Of a DNA stretch of 34,848 nt, positions 1 to 9,342 are shown piece after piece. Each line of letters starts with the position of its first letter. Position 1 is the stretch's first letter. Location: the IMG/VR virus record IMGVR_UViG_2651869781_000011; one strand, given 5' to 3'. The position numbers were made by a program, and so were the translations under genes. The DNA is from a virus (taxonomy: Duplodnaviria > Heunggongvirae > Uroviricota > Caudoviricetes). The notes beneath the pieces were generated by a model, which did not search any database, was not told the DNA's origin, and saw only the letters and a program-made list of their open reading frames with translations.

Positions 1-528
1 CGGGCGCGGCGGCAGGTTACCCACCACTACCGAGGCCAGATACTGCGAGGTGGTTTTGCCCTTAATGGTGATGTCTTTTTCCGTCACCCAGCCACCGTTA
101 CGCTGTATCTGAACCAGCAGGCGAACTTCCGACGGATTCCGGTCCCCCTTTGAAGTGGTTTCCACCAGTGCCTGCACACCGAAGGTAAAGCGCAGACGGT
201 CGATGTTTGCCGACGTGATGGTCCGGGTGAGCGGATTGTCATATTTTAATTCTGCACCGATAACGGTTTCTGAACCGGAGGATTCAAATCCCTCCGGCGG
301 TGTCTGCTCCTGCTCACCTGCCCGGAACACCACCGTGACACCGGAGATATTGGTATTCCCCTCACTGTCCAGCACTGGCGTACTGTTCAGCAGCACACTT
401 TTTAATCCATCCACCGGACCTTCAATCGGCCCTTCACTGATGGCGTCTATCACGCTCAGCAGCTGGGATGATTTCAGGTTGTCCTTCGCTTCGCGCGGGG
501 TATGCCCCTTACTGCTGCCTTTACCCAT
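1..528 (-). CDS. J: Tail tip / host-specificity protein J, N-terminal part (gene continues past window start)
   Basis: Minus-strand ATG at 528-526; translation MGKGSSKGHTPREAKDNLKS... matches the lambda gpJ N-terminus as recalled; lies directly after I. The + ORF 155-544 in the track is antisense to it. Confidence 0.85.
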   Translation of the reverse strand, partial: MGKGSSKGHTPREAKDNLKSSQLLSVIDAISEGPIEGPVDGLKSVLLNSTPVLDSEGNTNISGVTVVFRAGEQEQTPPEGFESSGSETVIGAELKYDNPLTRTITSANIDRLRFTFGVQALVETTSKGDRNPSEVRLLVQIQRNGGWVTEKDITIKGKTTSQYLASVVVGNLPPRP

Positions 529-588
529 TCCTCACGCTCCATAAACGACAAAACCGCCCTGAGGCGGTTTCACATAAAACGTTTTTCA

Positions 589-1236
589 TCAACGACCAAT
601 CACCACAACCTGACCACCGTCCCCCTCGTCTGCCGTGCTAATCTCCTGAGAGACAACACGTGACCCCACGCGCATTTCACCGTACAGAACAGGCAGAACA
701 TTGCCCTGGGCAACCATGTTGTCCAGTGACGAGAAATACGTGTTCTGCTTACCGTTATCCGTTGTTTGTGTGCGGGGAGTTCTGGGTTTAGGGGCCAGCA
801 TCTGGGCCACACCGCCCAGGATCATACTGGCTCCTGCCGCATACATGCCCGATAAAGCCGCAGCACCCAGCCAGCCTGCAGGGTTCCACCATGCCACCGC
901 AATCAGCGCCGCCCCCAGCACAGCCTGAAATACGCCGCCACTTTTAGCCCCCGCCAGGCGCGGTACGATGTGGATCACGGCACCATTTGCCAGCGGCTCA
1001 TTAAGACGGGCAGATAATTCGGTTTCACCTGCATCACGCCCGGCAATGCGCACCTGATACCAGCCGTCATTCAGTTTCTGACGAAACGCCGGGACCTGTG
1101 TGGACAGTGCGCGGATGGCTTCAGCCCCCGTTTTCACACGAAGGTCGATGCGGCGGCCAAATCGTTGCAAATCCCCGTAAAGGCAGATGCGTGCCATGCC
1201 CGGTGACGCCAGAGGGAGTGTGTGCGTCGCTGCCAT
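589..1236 (-). CDS. I: Tail assembly protein I
   Basis: 215 aa, MAATHTLPLASPGMARICLYGDLQRFGRR..., lambda gpI-like; start overlaps the 3' end of K as in lambda. Confidence 0.9.
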   Translation of the reverse strand: MAATHTLPLASPGMARICLYGDLQRFGRRIDLRVKTGAEAIRALSTQVPAFRQKLNDGWYQVRIAGRDAGETELSARLNEPLANGAVIHIVPRLAGAKSGGVFQAVLGAALIAVAWWNPAGWLGAAALSGMYAAGASMILGGVAQMLAPKPRTPRTQTTDNGKQNTYFSSLDNMVAQGNVLPVLYGEMRVGSRVVSQEISTADEGDGGQVVVIGR

Positions 1237-1877
1237 TTGTCGGTATACCTCTCTCGTTTGCTCAGTTGTTCAGGAATATGGTGCAACAGCTCGCCGTCGC
1301 CGCAGTAAATGGCGGCATGATTCGGCACCGATGAACCAAAACAGCACAGCAGCACATCGCCCGGTTGTGCTGATGACAACGGCACCTGATACAGCCCTGT
1401 GGCCTCCAGATTATCCAAATAGAGATTCTGACCGTGACGCCACCAGTCATCCTCGCGATGAAAATCCGGCATCTCAATCCCCGCCAGATGATAAGCATCC
1501 CGGAACAGCGTGTAACAGTCCGTCACCCCGTGCTCAAAGCGCCGCCCGGTGAGATGCGGCACACAGCGGAACTTATGAATCGTCACCCGGCAGACCAGCC
1601 ACCACGGCAAATCACTCTGCACCTGCAGCCGCCGGTCGGCCTCACTCAGCCAGGGCAGACCACCGGGGTGGCTGTGGACCAGCGCCACAATCTCACCGTG
1701 CAGTGTTGCCTGCAGCCAGTCCTCCGGCGACATCCGGAAATAATCTTCCGGCTCACCGGAGATATTCACGCAGGGGAAATATCTTTTCCCCTCCGACGTT
1801 CTCACCACGAAGCCGCACGACTCCGCTGGCGCACATCGCCGGGCGTGCGCCAGAATCGCTGATTCTGTCTCTGTCAT
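1134..1877 (-). CDS. K: Tail assembly protein K (NlpC/P60 + JAB/MPN-like)
   Basis: 247 aa, ...HSHPGGLPWLSEADRR... and ...TDCYTLFRDAYH... motifs; sits between L and I. Confidence 0.9.
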   Translation of the reverse strand: MTETESAILAHARRCAPAESCGFVVRTSEGKRYFPCVNISGEPEDYFRMSPEDWLQATLHGEIVALVHSHPGGLPWLSEADRRLQVQSDLPWWLVCRVTIHKFRCVPHLTGRRFEHGVTDCYTLFRDAYHLAGIEMPDFHREDDWWRHGQNLYLDNLEATGLYQVPLSSAQPGDVLLCCFGSSVPNHAAIYCGDGELLHHIPEQLSKRERYTDKWQRRTHSLWRHRAWHASAFTGICNDLAAASTFV

Positions 1878-1882
1878 GGGAT

Positions 1883-2581
1883 TTACTGCGAAAGTTTGTT
1901 AATGGAAAGGAAGCCGCCAAAGTTGCCGACGTTATTGCGAAACTTACAGCCACTCAGGCATTTGCTACATTTATCCTTCGTGATATCGGACGTCGGCTGG
2001 TCATATTCATCCGCGACAGCCGGACCATTATAACCGCACTCATCACCGCGATAGGTCCAGGTGCAGGTGTTGGCCAGCATGATGCGCCCCGGAAAAACGG
2101 CACCATCCGTTTCCGTCGGTGTGGACAACACAAAGGAGGCACTGACCGCGCTCAGTTCGCTGCACTGCTCGACGCGCCAGCGGCTGATCACCTCCTGCTC
2201 CGGATCGGCGTCACTGTTTCCGTTGACGAAGTTCACCGCATCCAGAAAACGGGCGTAAACCTTACGCCTGACCACCGTTCCGCCGACCAGACTTTGCAGG
2301 TCTTCCGCCATCCCGGTGACCATGCCGTGCAGGTTAGAGACTTTCAGCGTTGGTCTTGCACTGGCTCCTTTGCCGTTCATCTCAAAGCCGCTTCCCTGAA
2401 TAGGGTACGCCTGATACTGTCGCCCCTGCCAGGTGACTGACTCACCTTTTTCGTTCTGCTCATTACAGAAAAAATAACGCTCGCCACCGACTTCGGTCAG
2501 ATCGACTTCCCAGAGCACGACCAGTGCGGATTGCTCCGCTTTTGTACACTCATTCAGTGTTTCCTGTTGTATATCCTGCAT
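1883..2581 (-). CDS. L: Minor tail protein L
   Basis: 232 aa with Cys-rich C-terminus (CSKCLSGCKF), lambda gpL-like; conserved M-L-K-I-J order. Confidence 0.9.
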   Translation of the reverse strand: MQDIQQETLNECTKAEQSALVVLWEVDLTEVGGERYFFCNEQNEKGESVTWQGRQYQAYPIQGSGFEMNGKGASARPTLKVSNLHGMVTGMAEDLQSLVGGTVVRRKVYARFLDAVNFVNGNSDADPEQEVISRWRVEQCSELSAVSASFVLSTPTETDGAVFPGRIMLANTCTWTYRGDECGYNGPAVADEYDQPTSDITKDKCSKCLSGCKFRNNVGNFGGFLSINKLSQ

Positions 2582-2880
2582 CAGTGAGTGACCTCTTCAA
2601 AGGTACAGTTAAAATCGGTATACATGGCATTATCCGAAGTACTCCACTCCCTGCAGACAACCCTGACAGTCCTGTTGTGTTTTGGCGGGCGCCACAAAAA
2701 AGCACGCATCCCGGCATGACGGGATAAAAAACTGTCCAGCGCGGCGCGGGAATATTCATCTGTGACACGAAATACCGGTTTAAAGGTTTTCAGATCCGCA
2801 TTCAGACCACCAGCCCGTCGCTGTTCATATCCGTCACCGAACTTTACTGTAATAACAGATGGCTTTCGTGTCGTCTCCAT
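2581..2880 (-). CDS. M: Minor tail protein M
   Basis: Track ORF 2581-2967; likely true start is ATG at 2880 (METTRKP...), preceded by a GAGGGG SD and lying after the H stop; lambda gpM-like (FGDGYEQR). Confidence 0.85.
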   Translation of the reverse strand: METTRKPSVITVKFGDGYEQRRAGGLNADLKTFKPVFRVTDEYSRAALDSFLSRHAGMRAFLWRPPKHNRTVRVVCREWSTSDNAMYTDFNCTFEEVTH

Positions 2881-2914
2881 CCCCTCGCGGGGGATCCAGT
2901 TAAAAACTTCAGAC

Positions 2915-5900
2915 TCAGGCACTGCATAATCCTCCGTCCCGACGTGATGACTGCATAATTGACACAACCCTGCTGTCGATCAGATCCACCAGCCCCCTGG
3001 CTGACTGCGTATCTATCTCGCCATTGCTCCCTTTATTCTGAATACTGATGTGATACACGGGAGAATAAACAAATCCCCCGCCACCATTCACATTGCCAAT
3101 GGCTCTGACCCCAAGAGAGCCGTCCGCTGCCCGTGTCAGTGGCATGATAGCTTCAGGCCCGGCCTCGCCCATCAGCCCGGCACCTTTCGCAAAAGCAAAA
3201 TACGTCGGTGTATCCACAATAGTGTTACTGTAAGCACTCAGATTTGCCGATGTGTAAACACCACCTTTTGCGTTTGCCACTGCACCGGAAAGCCAGTCGC
3301 CGACCGTACCAAGCCATCCTCCGGCACCGGACATGCTTTTGGAAAGTGACTTCAGCCCGTTAACGATGGCAGCGTTCATCAGAATTTTTGAAACTTCCTG
3401 GAGGATTGAACTCCCCCAGTTTCGCCAGTCCACAACATTTCCGGCCAGTGCATCGGAAATATTTGATACCAGCCCGTCCATAGTGGAAACGACAGCATCT
3501 GCCGCCTGCGAAGCATAATCGGTGGCACTGTCTGCCCAGTTCGTCAGCCCCTCCTGGAGTCCGGCATTCCAGTCACTGCGTAAAGCATCAGCCTTTGCAT
3601 AATAATCCTGCTGATCGCTGAGACGCTCTTCCAGATATTTTTCATTCAGCGATTTTTCCTGTTTCCACAGGGCTTCTTCAATTTCTCCGGCCTGATACTG
3701 TCTCAGCAGCTCGTTATTTTTCTGCTCAAACGCCTGCCGGATACTCCACATTTCCTGGAGTCGTTCACGCATCCGTGAGCCTTCACCATATCCCAGCAAC
3801 TGCGCGTCGTCAGATGCCCGGGCGCTGGCATTACTGTCCGCCAGACTGCTTTCATACGCGGCAAGCTGCTCACGAATCTTTTTCTGGTCGATGAGTGCCG
3901 CATTCTGTAAAAGCGTTTTTTTCTGCGCTTCTGACAGGGTTGATAATTCGCCCTGACTGACCTGATATTTCATCTTAGCCAGTTCAGTATTCTGACCTGC
4001 CAGTGCTATTTGTTCTTTTTGCTGTTTAATCAGCCGTTTATAAATATCTTCTGTTTTTTCCGCTTCGGTCTTTTTATGCGCTTTGGGTTTATTTGCCTGG
4101 TTATTTCGCCAGGCATCCAGTGAGTTATTGATATAATTCTGTCTGGCTGTCTGATACGCCTCTCCCACAAAGCCGAGATCATCCGCAGCATAACCCAGTC
4201 GGGCACGCTCACGGGCTTCCCCCTTCAGGCGGGACAGAGCCAGTTCGCGCTCGCTGTTATTCAGTGCGGTCTGCTGTTTATCATCCAGGGTGGCCTGTGG
4301 CAGCCGTAACGGTACATTCACCAGCCCCTGTCGCTGCTGAAGTAATTCATTACCAAGCCCGAGAAGGCGATTAAACTCGGTATGCTGCCCATTCATGATC
4401 AACATGGACTGATACGCTTTGTTTTGTTCCGCTGCCTGTTGACGGATCAACGCAACCCGCCGCTCCTCCAGCCCGGCAAGCACATCCTGAATGGATTGCG
4501 CTTTGTCCTGCATTTGAGTGAGGCGAGACTGTTCAACTGCCAGTTGATTTGTTGCTTCTGCAAGCCCTTCTGTGACAGTTTTTACCGACGTCATGTGGTT
4601 AATCATAAAACCGTTATCGGTTGTCCAGCCCGGGTTTGCCAGCACATACTGATAGCCAGCAATTTTTTCCTGTAAGGATTTAATCTTACTTTTCTGCTCG
4701 TCAATTAACCTGTTCTGCTCCTTCAGTGCCTGCCGCGTCTTTTCCTCATTATCTGACGCTTCAGGAAGCGACATTGCCGACGTTTTCTGGCGAATTTCGT
4801 CGATTGTTGCGGCATACTGGCGTGCAGATTCTCTGGCCTGCTCCTGATTCTGATACATCGTGTACCAGGCCGTCGCCCCCAGCATGACGAGTCCCGGCAC
4901 ACCACCAACCAACCCCAGCGCACCACTTAACAGACGACTCCCCACTGACGTGACAGTATTCAGCGTTGTCTGTGCCGCTGTTCTGGCCGTAATATTACGG
5001 GTAAGTGACGCCTGGGCAGCTGTCAGCTTCGCTTCTGCGGCTGCCTGCCTTTCGGTACCGCGAGCAGCAACAACCGCCTGTTGCGCACGATAAACCGCCG
5101 CACGCGCCCTGGCGGTTGCTATCTGTGTCCCCCGAAGTTGCGCTTCAGCAAGAGCCACTTCGTTTCTGGCTGCAGTAATTAATCCGGCAGTTGCAGATCC
5201 AGCAGAAGACGCCATATTGCCAAAATATCGGGCTACCCCGACGGCAACCAGAGCACCGGCAGCGGTTGCCACAGTGTCAATATTGCCTGCAATACCATTC
5301 AGCACACCAGAGAGCGTCTTTGTCACTCCGCTTGCCTCGTTCGCACCACCAACCCAGGCCATAAAGGCGTTTTCAACTTTGGTTGCAGAGGATGAAACCG
5401 TATCAGGCATTGCTGCATATTCATCACGCAACGCCCCAAGCTGACTAATCAGTGCAGGGACAACCTTATCGGCAGTCAGTTTTCCGTTATCCGCCATGGC
5501 CTTCAGATCCTTACGGGCAACACCCATTCCCGCAGCCAGCGCACGAATAACACGATCGCCGTTCTCATTCACAGAGTTAAATTCTTCACCACGCAGCACT
5601 CCCTGCGCCAGTGCCTGACTGAACTGCGTGATCACCGAACTGGCTTCTGCTGTACTGGCACCGGATAATTTCAGGCCCGTGGAGATCGCCTCGGTGACTT
5701 TCAGTACCTCCTCAGAACTGTAGCCATACTCCCGCATGGAAGCTGCAGAACGGGCAAAAAGGCTGGCGTTATCAGAAAACGCCGTCCCCGTTCTCTGGCT
5801 GATCGCCATTAATTCACGCTGTGATGCCTGAAAATCATCACTGGACTGTGAGGCCTGCTTCAGACGGGCATTTACTGAATTCCACTCATCGGCGAGAGAA

Positions 5901-6160
5901 ATAAGATGACCGGTAGCAAAAGCCCCGGCAAATGCCCCCGCCATATTCAGTGCCGAAGATTTAGCTGTATTTATCTGATCCGTCACTTCTGCCAGTGCAC
6001 GCCGCATTTCACGGGATGCAGCAGCGGACTGCCGGCCTCCGTTCTGCATGGTACGGTAGTAATCCTGCCCCATACGCGAAGCCCGGGAGATCTCTGACTG
6101 GAATGACCGGGAATTTGCCGAGATTTTAATAATCAGTTCACGTAATGTCGCCACACTCAT
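2915..6160 (-). CDS. H: Tail tape measure protein H
   Basis: 1081 aa, Ala/Gln-rich coiled-coil-like sequence with Gly-rich C-terminal part; located between T and M. Confidence 0.9.
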   Translation of the reverse strand: MSVATLRELIIKISANSRSFQSEISRASRMGQDYYRTMQNGGRQSAAASREMRRALAEVTDQINTAKSSALNMAGAFAGAFATGHLISLADEWNSVNARLKQASQSSDDFQASQRELMAISQRTGTAFSDNASLFARSAASMREYGYSSEEVLKVTEAISTGLKLSGASTAEASSVITQFSQALAQGVLRGEEFNSVNENGDRVIRALAAGMGVARKDLKAMADNGKLTADKVVPALISQLGALRDEYAAMPDTVSSSATKVENAFMAWVGGANEASGVTKTLSGVLNGIAGNIDTVATAAGALVAVGVARYFGNMASSAGSATAGLITAARNEVALAEAQLRGTQIATARARAAVYRAQQAVVAARGTERQAAAEAKLTAAQASLTRNITARTAAQTTLNTVTSVGSRLLSGALGLVGGVPGLVMLGATAWYTMYQNQEQARESARQYAATIDEIRQKTSAMSLPEASDNEEKTRQALKEQNRLIDEQKSKIKSLQEKIAGYQYVLANPGWTTDNGFMINHMTSVKTVTEGLAEATNQLAVEQSRLTQMQDKAQSIQDVLAGLEERRVALIRQQAAEQNKAYQSMLIMNGQHTEFNRLLGLGNELLQQRQGLVNVPLRLPQATLDDKQQTALNNSERELALSRLKGEARERARLGYAADDLGFVGEAYQTARQNYINNSLDAWRNNQANKPKAHKKTEAEKTEDIYKRLIKQQKEQIALAGQNTELAKMKYQVSQGELSTLSEAQKKTLLQNAALIDQKKIREQLAAYESSLADSNASARASDDAQLLGYGEGSRMRERLQEMWSIRQAFEQKNNELLRQYQAGEIEEALWKQEKSLNEKYLEERLSDQQDYYAKADALRSDWNAGLQEGLTNWADSATDYASQAADAVVSTMDGLVSNISDALAGNVVDWRNWGSSILQEVSKILMNAAIVNGLKSLSKSMSGAGGWLGTVGDWLSGAVANAKGGVYTSANLSAYSNTIVDTPTYFAFAKGAGLMGEAGPEAIMPLTRAADGSLGVRAIGNVNGGGGFVYSPVYHISIQNKGSNGEIDTQSARGLVDLIDSRVVSIMQSSRRDGGLCSA

Positions 6161-6199
6161 TCTCCGGACGAAAAAAACCGCCGAAGCGGTTATGTTGAC

Positions 6200-6511
6200 T
6201 CACTGAGACACTATTAAAAGCGCGTTTTCCAGTCCGGCAAATGGATCTGAGGCGCCTTCTGTCTGCTCTTGTTCCCACTGAAGAAGCGCATCATTCAGTG
6301 GTACTTTGACACCCTGCGCACCGTAAACCGCAGAAACTATCTGGGCAGCCCGGATATCAGCCCGCTCATCACCCAGCGGGCTGAACCTGTCAAATTCTGC
6401 CCACATCATGATTTCTGATGCGGACATTTCCCGGCGTAACTCTGACAATGTGCGCCCCATCCTGAGCGCCAGCATCATCAGAAAACGCATCCCCGGAAGC
6501 GCTACTTTTTT
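6200..6511 (-). CDS. T: T portion of the G-T tail assembly chaperone, reached by -1 frameshift from G
   Basis: ORF 6200-6490 is in the -1 frame relative to G; slippery heptamer A_AAA_AAG (minus strand, 6511-6505) ends the G frame just before its TAG. Confidence 0.75.
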   Translation of the reverse strand, partial: KKVALPGMRFLMMLALRMGRTLSELRREMSASEIMMWAEFDRFSPLGDERADIRAAQIVSAVYGAQGVKVPLNDALLQWEQEQTEGASDPFAGLENALLIVSQ

Positions 6512-6888
6512 TTAACCTCGCCGGCATCACTGATCAGTTCCAGAGACTGCCGAAGAAGCCGCGCATGCACCGGGCCATACACGGCAATCACCTGTTCACG
6601 ATCATCCTCTGAAAATACAGGTTGCAGTCCGGTATCACACAGAACATCAATGAACAGTTCAACATCTGCCTCCAGATTTCGGCGGGCGCGCTCCGCAACG
6701 GATAACGGTGTCTCATCATCTTTTGCTTTAACGATCTCCTGCCAGCGCAACCAGGCTTCTGCAGAAGGTTCCCGTAATACAACCGTTGCCCCTTCCCATT
6801 CAGGCACATCAACGGTTTTATGGCGAAACCCCGACATCGTTGCCAGTGCCAGATTACGGATATTTTTAGTCATCACATCTATCCTCAT
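6502..6888 (-). CDS. G: Tail assembly chaperone G
   Basis: 128 aa ending ...GEVKKK* on the slippery site; position between major tail gene and T. Confidence 0.85.
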   Translation of the reverse strand: MRIDVMTKNIRNLALATMSGFRHKTVDVPEWEGATVVLREPSAEAWLRWQEIVKAKDDETPLSVAERARRNLEADVELFIDVLCDTGLQPVFSEDDREQVIAVYGPVHARLLRQSLELISDAGEVKKK

Positions 6889-7592
6889 TAACTGACGGTA
6901 ACAGTGCAGGAAGTGGAGGTCACCTTGCTAACCGGGCTTGCTGAATCAGAAATCTCGCAGGTATACGCACCGGCATCACCGGATACTGCGGATGCCTTAC
7001 TGAACGTTGCCGCCGTCTGTCCGGAAACAGGAGAACCACCTTTCTTCCAGACATAAGAATAAGGCGGCACACCACCGGCAGCCTCAACCACCATTTCGAG
7101 TTTCGCTCCGGCAGAAACCTGCAGCGTGCTGTTTAAATCGACCTTCACTTTCAGTGGCTCTGTCGTCAGTACAGGTTTACCTTTCAGGCGCAGGGAAAAC
7201 GTTGCAGCCACAACTCCATTGGTTCCTGCAGACCAGGTATGCTGACGCACCTCTGCCATAAAGGTAAATCCGTTGCCTGACGGAAAAATAACTTTAAAGC
7301 CATACGTGGTGTCATTGTCATAGGCACTGCGCAACGCGTTCTGGGCAGCATTCAGATAAAAGTTGCCTGACATGGAAATCTCTGACGCGGCACCAAGACC
7401 GTTAATATTTTCCTGCTCAACAGAACACAGCGTGGTGACATCAATATCCTGTTTCTGCCCGGCGGTAAACTGAACCTCTTTAATCGTACAGCTCAGTTCA
7501 AGAAAACTGGCAGAACTCAGCGTTTCTGCCGTTACCGGTGCAGACGAGATCATGACTTTGGTCTGCTGAGAACGTTCAAAATTAGAGGACAT
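6888..7592 (-). CDS. V: Major tail protein with C-terminal Ig-like domain
   Basis: 234 aa; SD AGGAG upstream of ATG 7592; C-terminal Ig/Big_2-like segment (...GVPPYSYVWKKGG...GAYTCEISD...). Confidence 0.8.
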   Translation of the reverse strand: MSSNFERSQQTKVMISSAPVTAETLSSASFLELSCTIKEVQFTAGQKQDIDVTTLCSVEQENINGLGAASEISMSGNFYLNAAQNALRSAYDNDTTYGFKVIFPSGNGFTFMAEVRQHTWSAGTNGVVAATFSLRLKGKPVLTTEPLKVKVDLNSTLQVSAGAKLEMVVEAAGGVPPYSYVWKKGGSPVSGQTAATFSKASAVSGDAGAYTCEISDSASPVSKVTSTSCTVTVS

Positions 7593-7605
7593 ACTCGTCT
7601 CCTGA

Positions 7606-7632
7606 AAATAAAAAAACCCGCCAGCGGCGGGT
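7606..7632 (-). terminator. Hairpin plus T-run immediately upstream of the major tail gene
   Basis: CCCGCC-agc-GGCGGG stem followed on the minus strand by TTTTTTATTTT. Confidence 0.4.
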
Positions 7633-7652
7633 GGGTAAAATCATTAACGACC

Positions 7653-7997
7653 TCAGGCTATTACCTGAAATTCAAGCGTGGCTCTGCTCAGACGGGAATC
7701 AGGATCATAACCCTGCGTTTTAGAAATAACGGAGGGTGCCAGTTGCCTTACCGCATCAAGCGCCTGCTCACGGATATCATCTGCGTCATCAGGTACTGTC
7801 GCCCAGACATCGATCTGCACGGTAATTCTGGATTCAGCCTGACCATCAAGCACATCAGATGCCGTGTCAGACACCACAGAAAACACCAGCCACGGCGGAG
7901 ATACCGCAGGCTTTCCCTCCGTCAGCAGGACCACATAAGGATAAACCTGTCCTCCGGCCAGTTGAGACAGCAGGGAATACAGTGTGGCCTCTCTCAT
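7653..7997 (-). CDS. Tail terminator / tail completion protein (DUF3168-like)
   Basis: 114 aa directly upstream of the major tail gene; family assignment from recall. Confidence 0.55.
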   Translation of the reverse strand: MREATLYSLLSQLAGGQVYPYVVLLTEGKPAVSPPWLVFSVVSDTASDVLDGQAESRITVQIDVWATVPDDADDIREQALDAVRQLAPSVISKTQGYDPDSRLSRATLEFQVIA

Positions 7998-8443
7998 TTA
8001 CTTAAGACCTCATCAATAGCCTGATTCATTCGCTGTATGGCAATCTGTGCTGCCAGTTCCTCTGTCGTATCGAAAGCCGGGCGAATGAACGGATGCGCGG
8101 GCATGTTTATCGTTCCCAGCTCCACAAAGCGCCAGTAAAACGCATTTCGGGGATCACTGGCTTTCATGCTGTTATCACTGTTTCCGGTTCGCAGGCTCCG
8201 TCCGCGAATGTGGACACCCGAGATAATTTCCCCCCGACGCTTTGAACGCTGAGTGAGAACAACCACATTTTTTTTCAGTTTTCCGGTTCGCTCCGGCGCA
8301 CGTTCAACAACAGCATCCCGCATAACTTCAGCACCGGCACGGGTGGCATCGCGCAGTACCTTATTATTTTCTGCCCTGCTGAGCGTCTCCAGATCCCGTG
8401 CAATATCCGCCAGACCTGAAAAATCAAGACTGAAATCCATCAC
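7994..8443 (-). CDS. HK97 gp10-family tail component
   Basis: 149 aa; position and sequence character consistent with HK97 gp10-like proteins. Confidence 0.6.
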   Translation of the reverse strand: MMDFSLDFSGLADIARDLETLSRAENNKVLRDATRAGAEVMRDAVVERAPERTGKLKKNVVVLTQRSKRRGEIISGVHIRGRSLRTGNSDNSMKASDPRNAFYWRFVELGTINMPAHPFIRPAFDTTEELAAQIAIQRMNQAIDEVLSK

Positions 8444-8778
8444 ACATTCCCCTTCTGAGAACAGAGTATCTCAAGCCGGGTGGCACGGGCATCCGGTATC
8501 GGCGGACCGTCTATACTCAGAATCGCGCCTTTGAATGCACCAGTCAGCACTTTCAGACATGAAGTTGCTGTCACATCTCGCCGGAATCTCATCCAGACCC
8601 TCACTGTAGCCTGAGCAGTTTCTGCGCCTCCGGATATTCTCTCCCTGCCACTGATCCCCTTAACTTCTGCCCATATGGTTGCCCCCTCCGTCATTGTTTC
8701 CACAGGGTGCCCTGATGGAGACCGAACGGTGGTGGCATTCAGAATAACCACACGATCACGTAATCTTCCTGCCTGCAT
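8440..8778 (-). CDS. Head-tail adaptor / head closure protein
   Basis: 112 aa; 4-nt overlap with the next gene; position in connector gene set. Confidence 0.55.
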   Translation of the reverse strand: MQAGRLRDRVVILNATTVRSPSGHPVETMTEGATIWAEVKGISGRERISGGAETAQATVRVWMRFRRDVTATSCLKVLTGAFKGAILSIDGPPIPDARATRLEILCSQKGNV

Positions 8779-8786
8779 GAATCCTC

Positions 8787-9092
8787 CTATGTTCCGGGAT
8801 GAAACCGATACATCCGCAGTCCGGTATAGAAAAAATCAGGCACTGCATCCTGCATTTCCCTGTTCTCGTACCAGTAGCCAACCAGTTGCATAAGACGCAG
8901 CTTTATCAGAGGTGTTATTACAAGCCCGGTCGTATCCTGCTCAGAAACAGTTTCATCGTAAAGCGTCCGGTTTAAAAACTTTTCAGCCTCTTCCCTGGCA
9001 GCAGCCAGATACATCATAAGAAGAGAATTCTCCTGTTCATTGTCATCATCAATCCGGCACTGAACACGAAGCTCTTCCAGAGTGGGCATCAT
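8787..9092 (-). CDS. Head-tail connector protein (gp6-like)
   Basis: 101 aa, acidic N-terminus; position after capsid gene. Confidence 0.55.
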   Translation of the reverse strand: MMPTLEELRVQCRIDDDNEQENSLLMMYLAAAREEAEKFLNRTLYDETVSEQDTTGLVITPLIKLRLMQLVGYWYENREMQDAVPDFFYTGLRMYRFHPGT

Positions 9093-9103
9093 TTGGGCAA
9101 CCT

Positions 9104-9292
9104 CTATGAATGCTGTTTTTTAGACTTATCAGCCCCCCGCGCAACAGGTGTTCTCTTATCAGAGACAATCCCAGCTGCAGTGGCAATTTCGCGTACCCGT
9201 TCGGGTAATTCTTTATCTTCATACTCACCGGCCCGAATAATCTCAACACGCATACCGTCCGGTGACCATTTCAGATCTTGTTTCAGGATCAT
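9104..9292 (-). CDS. Hypothetical small protein (62 aa)
   Basis: ATG with AGGTGA SD; lies between major capsid and connector genes. Confidence 0.4.
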   Translation of the reverse strand: MILKQDLKWSPDGMRVEIIRAGEYEDKELPERVREIATAAGIVSDKRTPVARGADKSKKQHS

Positions 9293-9342
9293 GATTCTTT
9301 CACCTGTCAGAACAGGGGCGCACTTCTGCGCCCCCTGAATGA

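Noticed and set aside
155-544. 129-aa + strand ORF at the left edge
   Set aside because: Antisense to the J N-terminus, which translates cleanly on the minus strand; no SD; Pro/Ser-rich low-complexity translation typical of antisense frames.
1703-2440. 245-aa + strand ORF
   Set aside because: Lies entirely opposite the K and L genes, whose products are recognisable; Arg/Pro-rich shadow-frame composition.
4382-4675. Multiple short + strand ORFs across the tape-measure gene (e.g. 3050-3349, 4382-4675, 4860-5093)
   Set aside because: All are antisense to the continuous 1081-codon tape-measure ORF.
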